Shown piece by piece: positions 9,034 through 17,426 of a stretch of 64,000 nucleotides of DNA. The notes below the pieces were generated by a model. The model worked only from the letters and a program-made list of their open reading frames with translations, made no database searches and had not been told where the DNA came from. The DNA lies in IMG/VR virus record IMGVR_UViG_3300046616_000188; one strand, 5' to 3'. This DNA is from a virus. A program made the position numbers and the translations under genes. Position 1 is the stretch's first letter. The number at the start of each line of letters is the position of its first letter.

Positions 9034-9384
9034 TCACATAGCCACTTTGATAATAGTTGCGTCTTCAAAGCAAGCCCGGTAAAGCTGACCGCGAGTCACG
9101 CCTATCATGCGATAAGTTGAAAGCTTGCGAGTAGAACCGGGAACGGGAACGCCGCAAATCAATGCGCCGGTTTCAGTTCCTTCTATCACATCGCCTTCGA
9201 TATCGAAAACGTTATATGTGACTCGCATTCCGCCGCGTTCAGGATGAAACTCTTTTTCGACAGTCACGGCGCGTTCCACAATGTTTGTAATAACCATTGT
9301 GCCGCGTGCATATGGCTGCATATCAAACTTGACGGTTTTTCCAGTCATGTTATGCGCGAAAGATTCGTTCAGAAAAGAAGGCAT
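9034..9384 (-). CDS. Hypothetical early protein
   Basis: Start MPSFLN downstream of a palindromic promoter. Confidence 0.65.
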   Translation of the reverse strand: MPSFLNESFAHNMTGKTVKFDMQPYARGTMVITNIVERAVTVEKEFHPERGGMRVTYNVFDIEGDVIEGTETGALICGVPVPGSTRKLSTYRMIGVTRGQLYRACFEDATIIKVAM

Positions 9385-9400
9385 TTGCTTAATCCCTTGT

Positions 9401-9443
9401 TTGACCATGTAAGGAACTTAAACGCTTTTCCTTACATGGTCAA
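9401..9443 (-). promoter_or_regulatory. Palindromic early promoter
   Basis: Identical to 8033-8075. Confidence 0.85.
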
Positions 9444-9478
9444 GCGTCCTTTCTCACAATTATGTGAAAAAGAACATT

Positions 9479-10066
9479 TTAAAAACTAATTTCGCAGTAA
9501 ACGAAACCGTCTTCATCGTACCATGTACTTGCCTCATGATAGCGGGCAATTTCGCTTAGCTTGTCGCCCAATGAAACAAGCTTTTTGCGTTCTGCTGGCG
9601 TTGCATCCCATTTAGGATTTCCGCGATTTTCAATCATGAGCGATGTTAACCGCTCATATTCTTCTTGATCGCTTCCGAATAGATCAAGTTGCTTGCGGTC
9701 CCAATAACCCACGCCGTGGCCTTGTGACGTGAACCACAAGTCACGACCGGCTTGCTCCGAATCATAATCCTCGCGTTCATAGGCTTGTTCAAGCAAATCC
9801 TTTGCCGCCGTTTCAAAGGCTTGGCAGAACGCAACAATTGTGGCAAGCGAATCAGGATGCAATTCCGCGAATCCTACATCACTTGGCAAATTACCGTCAA
9901 TTTGCCCCTCTTCCAAAGCATGTTGATTTTCATCCGAAAACCAATCATCTGAATCAACGCGATTGGCGCAGTCCGTGAAAAACATAGCTTCGATAAAGCC
10001 TTGCACGAAATAAGGCAACGCCTTGAATTCCGGCTTGTGCTTTCCATTCATCTGAAATTCTGGCAT
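9479..10066 (-). CDS. Acidic hypothetical phage protein
   Basis: 195 aa; AGRDLWFTSQGHGVGYWDR resembles, from recall, the AGHDFWLTRNGHGAGFWD phage family. Confidence 0.75.
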   Translation of the reverse strand: MPEFQMNGKHKPEFKALPYFVQGFIEAMFFTDCANRVDSDDWFSDENQHALEEGQIDGNLPSDVGFAELHPDSLATIVAFCQAFETAAKDLLEQAYEREDYDSEQAGRDLWFTSQGHGVGYWDRKQLDLFGSDQEEYERLTSLMIENRGNPKWDATPAERKKLVSLGDKLSEIARYHEASTWYDEDGFVYCEISF

Positions 10067-10094
10067 TGGCTCGATTCCTTGTTTCGATAATCAC

Positions 10095-10123
10095 AATGTA
10101 AGGAAAGATTCGCGCCGCGTCAA
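10095..10123 (-). promoter_or_regulatory. sigma70 promoter with CTTACAT motif over the -10
   Basis: TTGACG-17-TACATT. Confidence 0.7.
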
Positions 10124-10214
10124 CTGTAATTTTTAAAATAATTTGCCACTTTTTGTTCCACATATGTTCCGTTTTAAAAATATTGCAGCCTCGCCGTTCC
10201 CATCCCAAGGATTG

Positions 10215-10246
10215 AAAAAAGACTAGCGCGATTCGTCGCGCTAGTC
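10215..10246 (-). terminator. Intrinsic terminator
   Basis: Perfect 11-bp stem GACTAGCGCGA/TCGCGCTAGTC followed by T6 on the minus strand. Confidence 0.85.
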
Positions 10247-10419
10247 AAATTAAATTTTTCAATTAACCAAAATAGCGGCATATGTCGCGCCAAATAAACG
10301 CGTAACATGATTGCGCAGCGTGGCACTAGCTGCGCTATCCATAACGCCCATTCTGTTACGATAGGCGTTGACATAGATAGCAGCATTTTCCAAGATATGC
10401 GGATTCATTACCTAGCTCC

Positions 10420-10614
10420 TTAAAGCTCTACTGTTATCGAACGATTATGACGCGTTGCCATAAGAGCGGATTTCACAAACATGGTTTGTGCGTTAATCAT
10501 CACGTTACGAGTGAATTCGCGATAGGAAACGGCGCGCTTGTTGCCAATTACAGCACAGCGCAATTCCGCTCCTTTCCAAGTCTTTACGTCTCTAAAAAAC
10601 TCTCGCCTTGTCAT
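10420..10614 (-). CDS. Small basic hypothetical protein
   Basis: 64 aa, SD AAGGAGCTAAGCAG. Confidence 0.6.
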   Translation of the reverse strand: MTRREFFRDVKTWKGAELRCAVIGNKRAVSYREFTRNVMINAQTMFVKSALMATRHNRSITVEL

Positions 10615-10626
10615 CTGCTTAGCTCC

Positions 10627-10836
10627 TTAAAGCCCTAACGTTGATTTGATTGCTTCATATCTATAGCAAATCCCGGCAAGGCTTGCAATAGAGAAAATCA
10701 AAGTTATAAAAATTAAGCAATAGCACATCATTATTTCGGCGTTACGTTTCGCGATGAATTCGAACGCGTCAAGATTGATTTCCTTGACAACGTTTTTCGA
10801 ATTAATTTGAGAAACGTTATTGCGACGGTTTGTCAT
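10627..10836 (-). CDS. Small single-pass membrane protein
   Basis: TM IMMCYCLIFITLIFSIASLAGICY. Confidence 0.6.
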   Translation of the reverse strand: MTNRRNNVSQINSKNVVKEINLDAFEFIAKRNAEIMMCYCLIFITLIFSIASLAGICYRYEAIKSTLGL

Positions 10837-10900
10837 GGCTTTATCCCTCATAGCTTGATTGCTATGAGGGATAATGTAGCGAACAATTATGAAAGAAAGG

Positions 10901-11179
10901 TTAACGCAGTGAAGCTTTTCCCACGGCTCGTTTATAGACTTTAAGCGTCACTGCATCCTCGCCAGTCTCATATATGCCGCGCAATTCGGCAAGCAAGGGC
11001 GCATAGTCCGTTTCCGTCGCCCGCTTGCCCTTGGATAGCCAAATGGGGCTTGCGCCGCCGTGTTGCCCTACATGAGCGTAACACGTTATATCACCGCTCT
11101 TGTTCCATTTGTCAGTAGGGAAATAAGCGGTGATTTCACCTTGGTATTTGCGAAATATTACGGGCAATGTGTCAATCAT
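10901..11179 (-). CDS. Hypothetical phage protein
   Basis: VIFRK..GEITAYFP...CYAHVGQHG motif. Confidence 0.7.
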   Translation of the reverse strand: MIDTLPVIFRKYQGEITAYFPTDKWNKSGDITCYAHVGQHGGASPIWLSKGKRATETDYAPLLAELRGIYETGEDAVTLKVYKRAVGKASLR

Positions 11180-11577
11180 TCGCCTTGCTCCTCATCTTCT
11201 CCATATGCAGACGGAATTTTCTTGCCGGTATGATCACAAGTCAATTCCGTGTCTTCATAGTTGATATCAACCGCAACCACTTTCCAGCCGTCGCGGATAT
11301 CGTTAGCAACGCTATCCATAACGGTTCTAAGATTTTCCGTCACTGCGTCAAACGATAGTGCAGCGCCATCATTAGTGATGAAAAAGAGCGGATAACCGCC
11401 TAAGTCAGTGTAGCGACCGGCGCGCAGCGTGGCTTTCAAATCAGCCACGGTTTCAATCCGATTGTGACCGCGATTGTAGTTTGCACGTAGCGGCGGATTA
11501 AGACTCCAGTTGTCTTTCCGCGTGTCATACAACGCGCCGTCACTGGAAGAAACGAAAAGATGATTTGGAAGGGACAT
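11176..11577 (-). CDS. Hypothetical phage protein
   Basis: GGYPLFFIT.DG motif, SD AAAGGAG. Confidence 0.7.
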   Translation of the reverse strand: MSLPNHLFVSSSDGALYDTRKDNWSLNPPLRANYNRGHNRIETVADLKATLRAGRYTDLGGYPLFFITNDGAALSFDAVTENLRTVMDSVANDIRDGWKVVAVDINYEDTELTCDHTGKKIPSAYGEDEEQGE

Positions 11578-11642
11578 TGCGCCAACTCCTTTAGGCGTTT
11601 CGATTTTCTTACATTGAACCTATTAAAGATTCAAGTCAAGCG

Positions 11643-11891
11643 CTATTCTTCACTTTCTAGATAAAAATCAAACGATTTCCAGCAAGAGCCGGTCGCCTCT
11701 TTTGTATGCCGCGTCTCAGCGTAATATTCACCGCACCCGCAAGGGATATAACCATCGCTTTGATCAATCGTCAAATCGTTCGCCATGGCCCATTTCTTGA
11801 CATGAAATTCAGGATCAATTGACTCGTTTGGCGCAAGGCGGCGCAACAATTCTTGAGTCCCGCTTTGATTGTGATAGATCGAAATGAACAT
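11643..11891 (-). CDS. Hypothetical early protein
   Basis: 82 aa, SD AAGGAGCTAAGCAG. Confidence 0.65.
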   Translation of the reverse strand: MFISIYHNQSGTQELLRRLAPNESIDPEFHVKKWAMANDLTIDQSDGYIPCGCGEYYAETRHTKEATGSCWKSFDFYLESEE

Positions 11892-11905
11892 CTGCTTAGC
11901 TCCTT

Positions 11906-11952
11906 AAGCGTTAAAGAATCCTGCCCTAGCAGGGCAGGAAATTTTAAGGCTT
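11906..11952 (-). other. Intergenic long stem-loop, RNase III-site-like (copy 3 of 3)
   Basis: AAGC-C-UUAAA-AUU-UCCUGCCCU-GCU-AGGGCAGGA-UUC-UUUAA-C-GCUU. Confidence 0.65.
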
Positions 11953-12172
11953 AAAAGCCACAAGCCTTTAAGAAACGTGTTTCATCAAAGCGCGGATTAG
12001 TGCAGCGCAATTCCGCCGCGAAATGTTCTGCGACAAATCGCACGTCGTCGGCAGACATAGAACCTTTAAGGTTAAGAATGATCGACGCGATGTTAGCAAA
12101 ATGTCTATGCTCCATCGGATGTAGCGCGCCGATTGCATCTTTGCGCATTGCGGCTTTGGTGGAAAGTGTCAT
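11951..12172 (-). CDS. Hypothetical phage protein
   Basis: 73 aa; C-terminal NPRFD..RF..ACG. Confidence 0.7.
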   Translation of the reverse strand: MTLSTKAAMRKDAIGALHPMEHRHFANIASIILNLKGSMSADDVRFVAEHFAAELRCTNPRFDETRFLKACGF

Positions 12173-12264
12173 GGCCTAATCTCCTTTAAGGCGTTGATTG
12201 ACTGTGACCTAAACATATTCTTACATTCGAGTCACGTCAAGAGGCTTTTTGAATTTTTTATTCG

Positions 12265-12477
12265 TTACCATGTCCTGCCATGAAAATTGCTTTGCGACGT
12301 GTCGCCTTCAATCCATTCTTCTTGTAGAGTCTTTTTCTTTGCCTCTTTCATTTCCGCTTTGAATTCGCGAATCGCCTCTTTCTTAGTATAATCGAGATAG
12401 GAGCGGCGCACTAGATAGCCGTCAACTATCTCCGATATATTCCACGCGCCACTATGTGGCGAACGTTCTACTAGCAT
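12265..12477 (-). CDS. Hypothetical early protein
   Basis: 70 aa, SD AAGGAG. Confidence 0.6.
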   Translation of the reverse strand: MLVERSPHSGAWNISEIVDGYLVRRSYLDYTKKEAIREFKAEMKEAKKKTLQEEWIEGDTSQSNFHGRTW

Positions 12478-12590
12478 TTAAACCGCTCCTTTGTAATAGT
12501 TCCAGCGACCGTTACGACTCTGGATTCGGTATAGGTCGGAATTCTTCAATCCGCCAAGTTTCAGCCACTCGGCTTTGCTGATTCGCTGTT

Positions 12591-13187
12591 TCATCCGAAT
12601 CGTTCCCCATCTTCCGAAAACGTATATTCATTGATACGAATAATGTCATCAACATTTTCGTTGCTCATGAAATAGTCATAGGCGCGTTCTAGTTCGCGAT
12701 AGGTCCAACGCATGAAATCGCGCAACGATGCAGCGATTTCATCACATTGTTCATTTGTGGCATAGTCGCCAGTCATGCCGTTGTATGTGTCGATATCGGT
12801 GCAATTTTCATGCATGTAATGCCCGTTATGCTTTACCTTAGCAGTGAGGCGATAGAACGCCTTGCGCTGCGTTTCCTGCAAAGCGGCGGCAATGTTCTGC
12901 AACTTATCGCAACCGCCCGTATGTGCCGCAATGGCGGCGCTAGCGCCTTTCTTATAGGCGTAACTACCTTCAAAGCAAGCCCCATCGCCTTGCGAAGAGA
13001 ATCCGCTGAAATAGATACGATCAACCGTTATCCCAATCAATGCGCCGCACTCTTTCACGTCTTCATACGTGTATTCATACCAGTCATCGTCAGCGCTTGC
13101 GGATTTCCACCAATTGCGCGCCGCGTCTTTCGCGGACTCGCTCAATTCGTCAAACTGGTAAACCGTTGTCTCGATTGTTTCCGGCAT
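12591..13187 (-). CDS. Acidic hypothetical phage protein
   Basis: YQFDELSE.AK..AR...IYFSGFSSQGDGACF.G motif. Confidence 0.75.
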   Translation of the reverse strand: MPETIETTVYQFDELSESAKDAARNWWKSASADDDWYEYTYEDVKECGALIGITVDRIYFSGFSSQGDGACFEGSYAYKKGASAAIAAHTGGCDKLQNIAAALQETQRKAFYRLTAKVKHNGHYMHENCTDIDTYNGMTGDYATNEQCDEIAASLRDFMRWTYRELERAYDYFMSNENVDDIIRINEYTFSEDGERFG

Positions 13188-13289
13188 GGCCTTAACTCCT
13201 ATGTGAAAGGCGTTTCGATACACGCAACATAGATGTAAGAAAATATCGTGTCAAGTGAGAATTTTTATAAAATTAAATTATTTTCCCTA

Positions 13290-13443
13290 TTGACTTCGAT
13301 AGTGGAATCACTTAAATTAAAACTACATCAAAGAGAGCGGTAGCGGTAGCGGTAGCGAAGCGGGAGGTGGGGAGAATGAGGGATGGAATTTTTTTAAAAC
13401 GGAACAAAACGAGAATAAGCCGCCGCTACATTAGCGGCGGCTT
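13290..13443 (+). ncRNA. Candidate plus-strand (antisense-oriented) small RNA unit, copy 1
   Basis: TTGACT-17-TAAATT promoter, AGCGGT repeats, 24-bp G-rich box (13363-13386), 12-bp terminator-like hairpin at 13417-13443; no ORF. Confidence 0.45.
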
Positions 13444-13447
13444 TAGG

Positions 13448-13666
13448 TTAAAGTTTAGATAATTTCTCTGCTATCGCCAAGGCTTGGCCGGGCGACACTT
13501 CATAATTGCCGGAAAAATCCATGCAATTATTTTTGAATATGTCAAAGATTTTTTGTTTCTTAACATATTCAAGCGCCGCGCTTTGAGTGTTAAACGAATC
13601 TTGGAATCTGTCGCCAGACATGACAATCCAAGAACCTTTTCCGTTATACTCTACTGAGTAATCCAT
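13448..13666 (-). CDS. Hypothetical early protein
   Basis: 72 aa, coupled to the upstream gene. Confidence 0.6.
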   Translation of the reverse strand: MDYSVEYNGKGSWIVMSGDRFQDSFNTQSAALEYVKKQKIFDIFKNNCMDFSGNYEVSPGQALAIAEKLSKL

Positions 13667-13667
13667 G

Positions 13668-13886
13668 CTATTCGACCTTTGCAATCAAGCCGTCGCGCAT
13701 CGTGACCTTTGCAAAGAATTCCCTTCCGCCGATATGCGGATTGATTGCCGGTCTATGCGCCACAACGAAAGAGCCATTGGCTTTGAATTCTTCGCCAAAC
13801 ATAGATGTTTCGCGATACTTAAGCGGCTTGCCCGTCGCCTCTTTAAGCTCTTTCTTGCTCTTGTAGCCAGTTACCAAAAGTGTCAT
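13668..13886 (-). CDS. Hypothetical early protein
   Basis: YKSKKELKEA.G..L.Y.ETSMFG.E motif, SD GAGGAG. Confidence 0.7.
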   Translation of the reverse strand: MTLLVTGYKSKKELKEATGKPLKYRETSMFGEEFKANGSFVVAHRPAINPHIGGREFFAKVTMRDGLIAKVE

Positions 13887-14071
13887 GCCGTTTGCTCCTC
13901 TTGTTGATGCATACATAATGACATGTAAGGAAACGGAGTCAAGCGGAAATTTTTATAAAATTAAATTATTTTGTTCTTGACATTTATTTAAGCAAGCCGC
14001 AATCGAAGCTAGGAAGGCAAAAGAGATTGAATTAGGCTTCAATAAAAATCACGGTAGAACGAAATTAGCTA

Positions 14072-14170
14072 TTGACTTAGAATCGGAAATCACATAATCT
14101 AAAGCTACATCAAAGAAGCGATGGCGCAAATGCCAAAGTGGAGGTGGGGAGAATGAGGGATGGGGTTTTT
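14072..14170 (+). ncRNA. Candidate plus-strand small RNA unit, copy 2
   Basis: TTGACT-17-TAATCT, CTACATCAAAG and the identical 24-bp G-rich box (14140-14163) followed by a T run. Confidence 0.4.
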
Positions 14171-14761
14171 TCAAATGTGGCAAAATTGTGGCGGAAATAA
14201 GGATTCACGGTTTGTTCCGCTTGATTTTTAAAAAATTTTGAAATAATTTTAAATAAAATTGAAACGCTGGCGTGCCAAAAATCGCCGGTTCGCGCCAGAA
14301 AAAATGGGACATTGTGATGAGGGAAAAATGGGACAGCGTGATAAAAAAATTACGAGTCTGTGATGAATGAAAAAACCGGCTCTCTCGATCCGCGTGATGC
14401 GATAAGGAGGATCGCGTCATGGGAGAGATGAGCCGGTTCTTAGCAGCATTTGGTAAAGAGGTTGAAACCAAATGCTGTTTCTGCGATAAAGATTAAAAAT
14501 GATGCCACGTTCTAGGTGTATGAAGAGAAAGAGGTTACAAATCCAACATAGCAGGGCTTTAACCTGCGCACCAATTATGATTGAAAGTCTGTTAGGTTCG
14601 CCACCGTCAAGCCGCTTGTTGCAGTTCACGGCTTCCTAGAAATTGAACCATCATCATCTCATACGATGCCTCTATGACTCGTTACAATCACTAATGCTGC
14701 AAACATTAGTTAGAGGTTCGTTCCAATCATGCCACTTGTGTACTTGACCTAAATGATTCTG

Positions 14762-14977
14762 TCAAGCGTTAATTTTCGAAACGCGTCTCGCTTCGAATTC
14801 AGGATCGTTTACCGTCTCGCCACTGAGCCGAACCGCGACACGACGCACGGTGCAGTGTTCAGCGCCGGGATACTCCTTGAAGAAGTCTCGTGTTGCCTGT
14901 TTGATCTCCCGGTACGGCTTAGTTACTCTGATTGCGCCACCAGTAATGCCAAACGCGACATATTTGTTGTAAATCAT
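14762..14977 (-). CDS. Hypothetical protein
   Basis: 71 aa, SD GGGAG. Confidence 0.55.
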   Translation of the reverse strand: MIYNKYVAFGITGGAIRVTKPYREIKQATRDFFKEYPGAEHCTVRRVAVRLSGETVNDPEFEARRVSKINA

Positions 14978-15319
14978 CTTTTGTTCTCCCATAGATTAGC
15001 AAATCCTAAATCGTGATTTTCCTGTGTGACAAGTAGGCCCTTTCCAAATTTTCTGAGGGTCCCTGACCCTGACGAAATTTTTCATGGGTCCCTGCCTCGT
15101 CCATGACCTTATGGAACCTACCCCTAGCGAGCGAGCATGCCAGCACGACAAGCTCAGCCAGATCAAGGTCTGCCGTTTTGATGATAGTATTATTATCGCT
15201 GTCCCTCACTGAATACATTGGTCAACTCCCCCAAATACTGTTCTTCCAATTAATTGGAGGAACAATGCCACTATGAGTCGTTTTAACATATGTTAGATGT
15301 AAGGTAAAGTGAAAATCAT

Positions 15320-15350
15320 AGAAAAAGTCCGGTGGATTACTCTACCGGAC
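15320..15350 (-). terminator. Intrinsic terminator
   Basis: Stem gtccggtgga/tctaccggac with a minus-strand T tract. Confidence 0.75.
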
Positions 15351-15389
15351 CTTGACTTATTATATTGATTAACGCAGCGCCTGAGTGAT

Positions 15390-15641
15390 TCAAGCAACAG
15401 ACTTCCAAGACTTGCTCAGGTTGATCAGCTGCTTGCCGCGAGCCGTTGCGCCATAGACGATCTTCTTGCGACCACGAGTCGCGGCCTTGATAGCGTCTGT
15501 GACAACGCGTTCCTTTTCAGCGATGTAGCCGAGGTCGATCAGTTCCTGTTTAACCGCGTAAGGCACAACATCCTGATTGGTCAGGAGGGCCTTAAGCTGA
15601 GCCACGATGCCGGGGTTGGTGCGAAGTTCCTTGCGAGCCAT
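15390..15641 (-). CDS. Small basic putative winged-helix DNA-binding protein
   Basis: RGRKKIVYGATARGKQL resembles a MarR/PadR wing; own promoter (TTGACG-17-TAGATT) and terminator. Confidence 0.55.
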   Translation of the reverse strand: MARKELRTNPGIVAQLKALLTNQDVVPYAVKQELIDLGYIAEKERVVTDAIKAATRGRKKIVYGATARGKQLINLSKSWKSVA

Positions 15642-15756
15642 GATGTAATCTCCTTTTCAGTTGGTTGATGGACTTTCTTGTCCGTTTCAATGACCTTAAT
15701 CTAGTATTCTTTTCTTACTTCGTCAAGCGGTATTTTTAAGTTTTGTAGATTATTTT

Positions 15757-15969
15757 TCAGTCTTCGAAAACAAATGAGTCCAGTTCCCGCTCATCTATCT
15801 CTGCGTAGACAAAGGACTCGTAACGAGTGTGACGATCTTCTTTATAATGCTCCTCGACCTTCCTTAGAGCTTTGACGGCCTTCTCATTGGAGGAGAATAC
15901 ACCATGATTTTTTGTCGTGTCGCAATATTCATTGCGGGTATAATGAGCAGTTACGAGAAATATTTTCAT
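15757..15969 (-). CDS. Hypothetical protein
   Basis: 70 aa; HGVFSS.EKA motif. Confidence 0.6.
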   Translation of the reverse strand: MKIFLVTAHYTRNEYCDTTKNHGVFSSNEKAVKALRKVEEHYKEDRHTRYESFVYAEIDERELDSFVFED

Positions 15970-16160
15970 TCTTCATCCTCCCCAATCGGATCACGTGTTT
16001 CGCTGCTGTGATGCCAGCCCTTCACATCATCACGTTCGCGCCTAACGTAATATGAAGTCTCTCCGAAGCTGGTCTTATGATCGACAACGATGCCGTTCTC
16101 AAAATCCTTGGTAAGAGCATTCTTAACGCTAACTGGATCGCCAATCTTTCTGTCTGTCAT
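15966..16160 (-). CDS. Small SH3-like hypothetical protein
   Basis: KIGDPVSV...GIVV...YYV pattern; SD AAGGAG. Confidence 0.6.
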   Translation of the reverse strand: MTDRKIGDPVSVKNALTKDFENGIVVDHKTSFGETSYYVRRERDDVKGWHHSSETRDPIGEDEE

Positions 16161-16524
16161 GGCTCATCTCCTTCTGTAATCTTTAATAAATTCACATTAG
16201 ACGGATAGGACTCCCCTGTCAAGGGGGAATTGTAAGGAAAGTACCAGATTCTTACTGTTCAAAACATTACAAGTAAGAAAAAATTATTGTTAAATATCAA
16301 TAGGATATGAAGCATTTTAGGCGGAACTAAATTACGATTTGTTACATAGGAATTTATTCATGCGTATCTTTTAAGAAAAAGTGAAGTCTTGTGATGATAG
16401 ATATTTTCTTACATGGCAGGTGTCCTCTGTCCTAGGACCGAGGACAGATAGTGAGATTGCTATATGTCCAGACATGAATTGGGCCAGCGGATAGCTGGCC
16501 CTTGGTAAATCTGGAATGAGGCTG

Positions 16525-16740
16525 TCAGTCAGCGTTGTTGTAGTAATCAACTCCTTCGTAGAGCGAATCAAAACCGAAGGTGACTGAGCCAACCGTGACT
16601 ATGAAAGTCTTCTCGCCAGTTCCGACGTTGTAGCGGAATGTGAGTTTTTTAGAAAAGCCTCCGATGTGAGAAGAGGCGAGCGTGGTTTCAATTTCATGAT
16701 GTGCGAAGTCTTCAACTTTTACGGTGTGTGGCTTAGACAT
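16525..16740 (-). CDS. Hypothetical protein (paralog of 16755-16985)
   Basis: MSKPHTVKVEDFAHHEIETTLASSHI. Confidence 0.7.
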   Translation of the reverse strand: MSKPHTVKVEDFAHHEIETTLASSHIGGFSKKLTFRYNVGTGEKTFIVTVGSVTFGFDSLYEGVDYYNNAD

Positions 16741-16754
16741 TTTTTAGGTCTCCT

Positions 16755-16985
16755 TTAAAGTTCGTTGTAGCGGCGGATCGCTTCAGCCAGCGTGGCATAC
16801 TTTTCGTAGCCGTGGGCTTTGATGACGACTTCGTAATGAAAGTTGGTAGGGTCATTGGCCCAAATAAAAACTCTCAATTGTTTCATTGTCTGATCGCCTT
16901 GGTATTCAATGTCCGAGGCTGCAAGAGTGTCACTGATTAGATGGTGAGAGAAGTCAGCGAGTGTGACGGTGTGCGGCTTAGACAT
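16755..16985 (-). CDS. Hypothetical protein (paralog of 16525-16740)
   Basis: MSKPHTVTLADFSHHLISDTLAASDI. Confidence 0.7.
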   Translation of the reverse strand: MSKPHTVTLADFSHHLISDTLAASDIEYQGDQTMKQLRVFIWANDPTNFHYEVVIKAHGYEKYATLAEAIRRYNEL

Positions 16986-17044
16986 TTCATATTCTCCTTA
17001 TGTTTCGTGTAAGAAATACAGGCTGATTTAAACTTTATAAAGCC

Positions 17045-17073
17045 AATGTAAGAAAATGTAAAACGGTTGTCAA
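17045..17073 (-). promoter_or_regulatory. sigma70 promoter with CTTACAT motif over the -10
   Basis: TTGACA-17-TACATT at the edge of an AT-rich divergence region. Confidence 0.7.
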
Positions 17074-17426
17074 GCCCTTGATGCGCCAATTTTCAACTAT
17101 TTTTGATTTAATTCGGACTTTAATTTTTAAAAAATTAATAAAAAGGAGAAAGTTTACCGTTTGGCTAAGTATCGGAGGGAGAAAATTCGTTTTTTCTTAT
17201 AAAAATTAAGGGGTTACAAATCGAAGCCAAAGAATCTTTTTAAAAAATGAAAATTTTGGATCAAAAAATCTATTTTAAACTTTTAAAAAATTAAAAATCG
17301 GGCAGGTTTTATTCACTAAATGAAATATTGTAATTAGTGTAAGTTTGCACTGAGTGCAAAAATATTTTCGCCTTGACATTATAAATATGGTCAGCTAGGT
17401 AGGATCAACGACTTAGGAGAATCAAA

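Noticed and set aside
5097-9443. Repeated palindromes as a CRISPR array
   Set aside because: Spacing is irregular (400-950 bp), intervals are protein-coding, the repeats contain promoter hexamers, and no cas genes are present
2954-14200. Restriction-site or GANTC avoidance in the early block
   Set aside because: GANTC, GATC, GGCC and GGWCC sites are visibly present; depletion cannot be claimed without counts
14205-14629. ORFs 14205-14471 and 14417-14629 as genes
   Set aside because: No SDs and low-complexity translation; more likely a non-coding boundary region
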